The translations under genes were made by a program, and so were the position numbers. From the NCBI RefSeq assembly GCF_036321535.1, contig NC_087444.1:69254001-69318000 (forward strand): a stretch of DNA of 64,000 nt, read 5' to 3'. The DNA is from Camelus dromedarius (lineage: Eukaryota). Below, piece after piece: positions 50,913 to 64,000 of this stretch. The notes under the pieces were generated by a model. The model saw only the letters and a program-made list of their open reading frames with translations. It made no database searches and was not told the DNA's origin. The stretch's first letter is position 1. Each line of letters starts with the position of its first letter.

Positions 50913-51653
50913 CAGAACAGGTTGGGGAGGTGTCCGGCCCAAAGGCTGAGGAATGTTCCCTGAGGAAGGAGCCAGGATAGAGAAATTTCAGAGCTATCTT
51001 TAGCAGAAGCTCCAAGGGGAACAGAACACTCTAGGGACCTGAAAGGCCAGTATCGCTGGCTGGTGGCAGAAAGTGTGAGAAGGAACAGCCTGGGGTGAGG
51101 GAGGTGAGCTGGGGCTGGGAGTTTAATCCCTATCCTGCCAGAAGTGGCAAGGCTGCTGGCAGCTTCTCCGGAGGGGAGTGGTGAGACCTTGGTTTGCCTT
51201 TTTAATGGCTTCCCAGCTCCATGTGAACAGACACTGGGAGGCAGCAAGGTGTCCAGTGAGGAGGCTCTTGCAGAGAGAAGGCAGTGGTTTAGAAGGTGGT
51301 GGTCACTGGTGAGAAACAGGTGGAAGCAACACTGACATGGGTTGGACAAGGTCTGGGGACTGAGCTAATCAGTCTCTTCTGTGTAGATGGAGCCTGTCTG
51401 GCTCCTGGCTGTAACCCCAGCCCACAGAGTATGTGGGTGGTGGGCTTCGGGGAGGGGGAGTTGGGGTGATGCCCAAGAATGGGACTGGATGGATTCAGGG
51501 GGACCCTGTAAGAAGGAGCTCTGGTTGAAGGTCCTCAGAGATCCAGCCCAACCCTCGGGCTGTGGCACAGGGGGAGGAGCGGGGGCGCTCTGCAAACACG
51601 TCAAAGCTGGGCTGTGGCCAGGTCCTGTCACCCTGGTTCGGGGCTGCAGCAGG

Positions 51654-51991
51654 CTAGTGGCTGGAGTCCTGTGGTCTGAGGAGCAGGGCCTGGCCGCAGA
51701 GGCCGGCCTGCAGCCCGCCAGCGGGCACCACATACTCCCGGCCATCGGCGGCCCGCGAGGGCGAGAAGTCCGTCAGCTGCAGGTTGCTGTCCCGGACTTG
51801 GTCGTAGTCCCACAGCTGGTAGTGCCAACTCTTGCCCTGCTTGGAGAGAAGGTAGACGGCTCCTGGGGAGCCTTCCTCTGGCACGGATGGTGGCTGGTGG
51901 GGCATGCCGGGCTCTGGGTGGAACAGGCCTGGCAGCTCGGGGTCCTCCGCGTAGCCGAGGCCAGGCACAGCCTGCACACCCAGCAGGACCC
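51654..51991 (-). CDS. ACTMAP: ACTMAP last coding exon
   Basis: VLLGVQAVPGLGYAEDPELPGLFHP...SKQGKSWHYQLWDYDQVRDSNLQL...PQDSSH*. Confidence 0.95.
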
Positions 51992-54900
51992 CTGGGAGGA
52001 GAAGGGGAGGCTGTGAGTAGGAGTTGAGCACTGATGAGGTGCTGGTCGCCCAGCCTCGATCACCCCATTGTCATGCAGAAGTCAGCAGGGGTCAGCAGGC
52101 AGAGAGCCGGCTGGATTTGGACCCAAGGTGTTGGGTTCCGAGAGCTGCAGGCATTTTACATCCTGCCTCTACAGCCTGTCAGCACAGGGAGGTGGCAGGG
52201 CGGCACTGAACAGAGGAAACACTGTGACCCATTGGCCTCCAGGTGTCCAGGAGGGCGCTGCTCAGAGAGGCGCCCTCAAAGTCAGACAGCCATGCACACA
52301 AGGGGGCCTCCATCCAGGCCACCTGATGTGCCAATCTGGCCTTCTTTCAGGCAGATGGAAAGATGACGATGGCAATCATAGCTAATGCTTATTGGGACGT
52401 GTGACATACCAGGTACCATTCAAACAGTTTTACTTCCTCTGCCAATGAGATGGGTACTATTGTCACCAGGATTTCCAGATAGGAAAATGGAGGCCCTGGA
52501 AGTGGCTGGACCAAGCCTGCAGCTCAGACTGTTTGACTCCTGTCCTCGTTCTGAGTTCCTGTCTGTGGGAAGCCCAACTGGCAGACACTGAGGCACCTGC
52601 TGCCAGCCAGGCCCCCTCTAAGGACCCTATGGGGATAGAGATGGCCCAACCCTGGTTCCTGCCTCGAGACCAGTGAGGAGGTGAGACTGTGAGGAGGGAT
52701 GACTGGGCTGGGGAGATCCTGGGTGAGGGCACAGGATATGGGAGGGGGCACCCACCTGTGCTCACTGCCCAGTGGGCCTTGTGGCCCTTCCGCTGACATG
52801 GCTCGTGGTTGAAGTCCTCATCGTAGCTGGCACTGGGGTTAAGACCAAAGCTGTGGTGTGGCCCTGGGACCCACCCTTCTCCATCCCTGCCCAGCTCCCA
52901 TCCCAGCTGCAGGATACGGGATTAGCAGGGGATGTCCGGCGACAAGGTGCTGTAGGACATGGTCTCTGTTAGGACCACCCAGGCCACCACAGAGCACCTC
53001 TGCCTGGCAGCCCAGTGCCTCCTGGGCCAGCCTGCCCATGTCAGCCACTGCAGGGACAGAACAGACAGAGAAAGAGGGATCACCGTGGGCCTGGCAGCAT
53101 GCCAAAGGCTTTCTGGAATCAGTGCCCATAACCTTCACCTTGACCATCACCTCTCTGTACAAATGTAGGAAGTGAGGCATAGAGAGGGTAAGCTGCTTGT
53201 CCATGGCCACACAGCAGACAGTGGCAGAGATGGGCTGGGAACCCAAGCAGCCTGGCTCCAGAGTCCACCTCGTAACACTCTGCTCTACTGGATGGGGAAG
53301 GGCCCAGAGAATGGAACAAAGGCCCCTCATGCACCTGGTATGTCCCAGCCAACCTCTCCAGTCCCTTCCTGCAGAACACCTGGCTTGAGACCCTTCCACA
53401 CTCAACTTACCAGAGAACATCTCCCCTTGGGCCGTGTAACCCCTCTCCATGGCCACCTGCACCACTCTCTCCAGGGGTATGTCGCTGTGGGGTGCCAGGA
53501 GGGTGCCTGCCATCCACAAGGCCACTAGCCCGCACCTGGGGAGAGACAGGCCCAGCCCCTCAACCCGTAAGTCGTGTCTTTCCTGGGCCCCCTCTGCCCT
53601 GGAAGCTGGAGTGTGGGGGACAGGTCTGATGCCCTAGGGGAGCTCCCCTCTCCTCTCCCAGGCCGAGTAGGGAAAGACATCACCTGGGCTTCCAGGAGGA
53701 AGAGAGATGATGGACCAGATTCGTTTGTTCACTTGCTCCTTCGTTCCAAATGTTTACTGCATGTGCACCCTGACCTGTAAGTTCCCCTCTCCCTCCCCTC
53801 CTCCTCCTCTCACCTTCTCCCCAGGTTGCCTGGGATGAACCAACTCTTCCCACCCTCCTGGGTCAATCCTCACAGAGCCTGGCAAGGGCAGAGGCTCAGA
53901 ACCACGGCCTGCCAAAGGGCTGGGGTCCTGGATCAGGGCACGTACTGAGGGCCTTCTTGGATGAGGGAGGGCACGTCAGCACAGAAGAGGATCCACTGCA
54001 GGTCACTTCTGAAACTGAATCAGAGCCACACTTAGGTCATGCGGGAACCAGCTCCTAGAGTCCCCGCACTGAGGTCTGGCTCGAAGTGGTGGGATCGAGG
54101 GACGGTGAAGGGGAGGAACACGGGCTTGGCTGTCCTGAGGCCTGAAGACACCTTAGCTGGGTCAGACTCCCTTCACCCCTGATGAGACACTTCCCCTCTG
54201 CAGCCTCAGCTTCCTCATCTGCTCAGTGGGAATCATTCTTCCGCCTGCTCTTTCTCTCAGTTACTGATGGGGCAAAGAGCAGTTGTGCAAAAGCCGCAAC
54301 TAGCAGCCAGGGAGATTTATTTATTAGAGGAAATTTCTTGAAGGGCTGTCTCTACATCATTGATGAAAAGCTTAATCCATAGTCAATCTAAGAAGGGAAA
54401 TTTTTATTCAAGCCAACCTGGGGACTATAACTCAGGACTATAACTCCCACCATTAGAGGTCAAAGCAGTTACATAAATTTTTGAGACGAAGGGTTAGTTA
54501 CATGTCAAATGGCATATTACTGACAGTTTACTCAATCCAGATCTGTAAGTACAAAGCAAGCTGTGGGTCATAGGTCATTGTGGCCCCTTACAAGGTCAAG
54601 GAAGGTTGTTTAAAAAAAGAAAAGAGAAAAAGAACAAAAAAAAGAACAAAGGTTGTCTCCCCTAAGAGTTGTGATCCTTGATGAGATTAAGAAAGAATGT
54701 TCTTCCCTAAGGAGGTTTGGTTAATGCAGATGTACAATATACACTAAACGGGAGGGAGGAGGCCCAAAAGGGAAAACAAAAACTTTATGTTTAAATTTTT
54801 CTGTTTACCATAAAATAGGAATTTTATTTCATCAATATCCAAACTCTGGAAATTTTTCCCCCTCAAGCCAGTTTCTCAGGCAGTTAGACAGCGTTGAAAT

Positions 54901-56505
54901 CTCTTCACTCAGCCTTGAGCAAAACCAAGTAACATTTGCTCCAGGCCTAAGCCATCACCTTGACAGAGTCCTTACAGGTCAGCCCAGCCCCTCCTTAGGG
55001 AGGCCACTCAGAACGTTCTGGTGACCCCAATCCTTCTCCCACCTCCCACCCTCCCAGGGCTCAGGAGGTGTAGAGTAAGTTGCTTATACTCTATTTCAAG
55101 GCCGGTGAAAGAGCAAGGCCTGGGGGGGGGGCACCCTCCTGATGAGAGGAGACCATATCATGGCCCAGTGGCCAAAAGCCTGGAGCCTGGCCGCCATGCC
55201 AGAGTTGAAACTGGGCCCTTCCTCTTCTAAGCACTGTGGCTAAGTGACTTTATCTCTGTGAGCCTCAGTTACTTCATCTGGAAAATGGAATAATAGTTCC
55301 TGTCTCATGGAATCGTTGAGAAGATTAAATAAATTAGTAAGTAAAAACACTCAGAGCAGCGCCTGGCACATGGTAGATGGGCAGTAATGGGTGGCGGTTA
55401 TCTGCATTATGTTTGTCTTACTATGGTTGGGCCGTTTAGTGCAGATTTCAACTTGTCTAGAGGGCTGGAAGTTTCTTCTGAGTCTGGGCAGGTCACTTCT
55501 CTCTCTGCCCTTCAGCCCCAACCCAGGTCTAGCTCCCCACCTGTCCTGCCTCGCTTTCTGGGTGTCCCAGCTTCCTCCTGGCCCCCTAGACTCCAGTCCC
55601 TCACCTCCACTCCTCAAAGGTAGCCTTTCTTCCTCCCCAGAAGGGCACAAGGCCCTTCCACAGCTCCCAGGGCCCTCAGGACAGTCCACCTGCCTTCACA
55701 CGGCCCCTCCGATGCCCCGTGTGGTCTGCCCACCTGGGAAACCCCACGTTTGCCACCTCCTTGGTCCTGTTAAAGAAATATTTGCAGGTCCTTGAAAAGA
55801 ACATCTCTTCATTTCACTCTGGGCCTGGGCACAAGCTGTTTCCTCTCACCACACACCCCTGCAACTTGAACAGCACTCAAGGGTCCTCTCCACCCTCTCC
55901 AGGCAGGCCCCACTGACTCTCAACCCGCTGGGCTCCCTCCTCACAGCTCTGACCACTCTGGGTGGTCACTGCCTGGTGAAGGGAGGGATCTGTTTCTCCC
56001 ACTGGCCTAGATGCTTATGAGGGCAGGATCTTTCTTCATTGTTGAAGGTACACCGGCACTGAAGGGGTCTAAGTAGGGGGCTGTAGCAGTCAGGCCCTCT
56101 GACCTTGAGGAAATAAGAAACCCCAAGAGGAGATGGCTGAAGTGATCTGGGAACAGGTGGTTTGGTGTGACCCCAGGTGGGGGCATGGGGACCCTACCGG
56201 TCCTTGTGCAGCTTCAGGAGCCTCTGGACGTCCTCTCTGCCCCTGGGGACCCGGCCGTCCTTCTCCAAGGCCTCCTTCAGGAGCTGGCTCTTCTCCAGGC
56301 CGAAGACATGAGGGGGCGCAAACACCTTGGCAGGGGGTGGAGGCGGCATTGGGGGTGGTGGGGGAATAGGGGTCTGGATGCTCGAGGAAGAGGGTGGAAA
56401 AGTTAAATCTCGGAGATCTGGGGGTAGGGGAGGAGGTGGAATGATGGGGGCCTGGGGTGCAGGGGCTCTTGGTGGCTCTAAGGGAGGAGAGCATGGAGAA
56501 ATCAT
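51654..56505 (-). CDS. ACTMAP: Actin maturation protease ACTMAP (C19orf54), complete, 346 aa: complement(join(51654..51991,52756..52826,52918..53047,53411..53535,53946..54014,56198..56505))
   Basis: Exons sum to 1041 nt with an open frame. Pro-rich N-terminus, then HVFGLEKSQLLKEA, catalytic-Cys motif GPQCGLVALWMAG, YDEDFNHEP and KAHWAV; ends PQDSSH-TAG. Confidence 0.95.
52756..52826 (-). CDS. ACTMAP: ACTMAP coding exon 5
   Basis: YDEDFNHEPCQRKGHKAHWAVST, 71 nt. Confidence 0.95.
52827..52917 (-). other. ACTMAP: U12-type (minor spliceosome) GT-AG intron, 91 nt
   Basis: 5'ss GTATCCTG; branch TCTTAAC (plus 52838-52844) about 11 nt before the AG; no polypyrimidine tract. Confidence 0.88.
52918..53047 (-). 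CDS. ACTMAP: ACTMAP coding exon 4
   Basis: ADMGRLAQEALGCQAEVLCGGLGGPNRDHVLQHLVAGHPLLI, 130 nt. Confidence 0.95.
53411..53535 (-). CDS. ACTMAP: ACTMAP coding exon 3 (catalytic Cys)
   Basis: CGLVALWMAGTLLAPHSDIPLERVVQVAMERGYTAQGEMFS, 125 nt. Confidence 0.95.
53946..54014 (-). CDS. ACTMAP: ACTMAP coding exon 2
   Basis: FRSDLQWILFCADVPSLIQEGP, 69 nt. Confidence 0.94.
54361..54834 (-). mobile_element. Solo ERV LTR (474 bp) in ACTMAP intron
   Basis: TG...CA ends with 8-bp inverted termini TGATGAAA/TTTCATCA; minus-strand AATAAA at 54403-54408; TSD not clean. Confidence 0.65.
56198..56505 (-). CDS. ACTMAP: ACTMAP first coding exon (Pro-rich)
   Basis: Acceptor ttccag|TCC at 56525; aaaATG at 56505; ...LHKD CG|gtaggg. 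Confidence 0.92.
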
Positions 56506-56999
56506 TTTGGGGTTTGTGACTTGGACTGGAAGGTCGAGAATAGAAGGATCCTCCAAAATGTGTTGGTCTAGGGATGGGGATTCTGAAGGTTTTGGAGCTG
56601 AGTTCCAGAATCTGCGCGCTGAGCAGTGGGACCGAAAAAACCGGGGCTAAAATTTGGAACTTTGGGAGCAGGGATTGAGGCTAACTCAAATCATAAGAAA
56701 TCTTAGGGTTAACGGGGTCCTTTAATCTGGAACCAGATATGCGGTTGGAGATGAGTTGCAAGGTTCAAGGAGCGAGGAGTTAACTTCTTATCTCGGGCTA
56801 GATTTGGCAACTTGGAGTTGAATTTCAGGACATAAAGGCTTAGACCTGGGGTGAGACGCCTAAAGTTCGGAATTCAGGGTCCCAGAAGTAAAGACTAGGG
56901 GAATTTGGGATAGATTCCCCCCTCATATCCCAGACCCGACTTTGGAACCTTACAGCTGACCTTTTAGTCAGAGGTCAAAAGGTCACCTCGCACGGAAAA

Positions 57000-57900
57000 T
57001 AGCCTAGTTGTGGAGAAAAGTCCTGAAATCAGAGGGAACAGGAAGAGTCTCGTGGGTTGGGGAAGGCTCAGAGATCGGAGCTCGTTGGGAGCCACGATAC
57101 GGCTGGAACTGGGAACAGAGTGGGAAATTAAACGCGTCTCCGGGTCCCGCAAAATGGCGGACGAAGCGCATGACCTTTCCCAAATCCCGTGGTAAGACAC
57201 GAAACTCGTGTCCGCCCCTTTAGCGACCACGTGACAGAGAACTCGAAACAGTGGGGGAGAGGCGGAGCTACCAAAGAACTGCCTCCGGGGAGACTGCTGA
57301 GAGAGCCGCGTCCGGATTGGCAAGAAGCGCGTGAGGGGGCGCGGCCTTCACTGATTGGCCCGTAGCCCCGAGAGTCGCAGAAGGCGTAGGGCTTGCAGGA
57401 GTGGGCGGAGCTTCTCCTGAGGCGGGAACCTAAGTGTCATTTTGATTGGCAAGATCTGGGTCCGGGAGCAAGACTTACTCTGATTGGCTAAGCTACCGGG
57501 TTTCCACGCGGGGATTGGCTTGTAGAAAGAAAAAGGCGGGACCAGGAGAGGAAGTTTTTCTGGTCGGCACTCAGCAACACAGCGGAGGGCGCTTACGGGT
57601 GCTGCGACTCTGTCGGTGAGTATTCTTAGGCGCAGGCGACCGTCGGCGCCAGGCGGGCGGAGTTCTTGGCGCCCGGGTCTTCCCGCGCCTTGTGTGGGGG
57701 AATCATCTTACCGTTGTGCCAGGCCAGGGCGCCGTGAAGTCGTGCCTCCTTTCTTAACGCGTTCTTACATCCGGGCCTTCTGTCCTGGGCCGCCCTTTGA
57801 GCGCGTGGGCCAGTGGGAATCGCCCCCTAGGATGCTCCGCCTACTGAGTCGCGTAGAGCATTCTGGGACTAGTAGTAAACCTCTCGAGAGTTCCCTCACC
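57000..57900. promoter_or_regulatory. Head-to-head CpG promoter ACTMAP / SNRPA
   Basis: Five ATTGG (NF-Y) boxes at 57316, 57354, 57445, 57483, 57514; GC boxes; YY1-like AAAATGGCGG at 57151; plus-strand donors after 57191 and 57615. Confidence 0.85.
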
Positions 57901-58048
57901 ACGCGGAAAGAAGTGGTCTCCTGCGTTTGCTTTGTTTTCTGAGCTGTGCTTCCCTCTTCCCTTCTCCTGCCTTACCCGGCTTCCTCTTGTAAGGAAGATC
58001 CTTTAGCAACCCTCACTGGGACAAGGATTTGGAGAAACCTAGGGCTGA

Positions 58049-63568
<5,520 letters not shown>

Positions 63569-63879
63569 GTAAGCCAGGGCCCAGAGATGTGGCCCCCTCA
63601 CCATCAGGCCTTCCTCAACCACATGGCCTGGCTTGGGGGCAGGGTGAGGAGGGGTCTCCCCTTGGGGATTCAGAGGACTCCTCCACCTCAACCCCTTCCA
63701 TTTTCTTATGAGAATTATGTGCGTGTCTGGGGGGTTGAGCACCTGGATGATGGTATCTCCACTGGGAAATGTCTCTCCATGCCTGCCTATTTCTCAGGAT
63801 CTTCTTTCTCTGTGTCTCAGTCTCTTTTCTTTCTCTCCTTGACTTTGACTTTGCTGTCCATGTCTTTTAGGTCAATGTG

Positions 63880-64000
63880 TATGTAGAAAATCCAGACGAA
63901 GCTACCAATCGACTGTTAGGATTAAAAAGTGAATTTAATTTAGCAAGGTTGCCAGATATAAAATCAACATGGAAAAATTCAGTTTTATTTCCATACGTTA
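63880..64000 (+). mobile_element. Old L1 ORF2 (RT region) fragment
   Basis: gtagaaaatcc...tttagcaaggttgccagatataaaatcaac (SKVARYKIN-like). Confidence 0.7.

Overview
Mammalian genomic DNA, almost certainly from a camelid: it carries 9 copies of the tRNA-Ala-derived Vic-1-type SINE and I saw no Alu, B1, Bov-A or PRE-1 elements. The window is orthologous to human 19q13.2. It contains NUMBL (minus; coding exons 1-7, 3' exons run off the left edge), complete COQ8B/ADCK4 (minus, 14 coding exons, 525 aa), complete ITPKC (plus, 7 exons, 673 aa), complete ACTMAP/C19orf54 (minus, 6 coding exons, 346 aa, one U12-type intron) and SNRPA/U1A (plus; coding exons 1-3, the rest off the right edge). Exon boundaries were read by hand from GT-AG sites and confirmed by frame continuity. 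There are two head-to-head CpG promoters (COQ8B/ITPKC and ACTMAP/SNRPA), a 287-nt assembly gap, and many L1, L2, MIR, MaLR and hAT relics. Best unexplained signals: (1) an upstream SNRPA exon with a strong-Kozak ATG that would splice in frame to add 20 aa to U1A; (2) a stop-free, in-frame Pro/polyQ extension in the NUMBL 5'UTR; (3) six RFX X-box-like motifs in a COQ8B internal promoter; (4) kilobase CA-rich and UG-rich tracts of opposite polarity flanking NUMBL exon 2; (5) an in-frame COQ8B-NUMBL read-through geometry; (6) an unidentified mRNA 3'UTR retrocopy in ITPKC intron 6. Gene identities and human/mouse comparisons come from recalled protein sequences, not database searches. Repeat family names and repeat boundaries are approximate.
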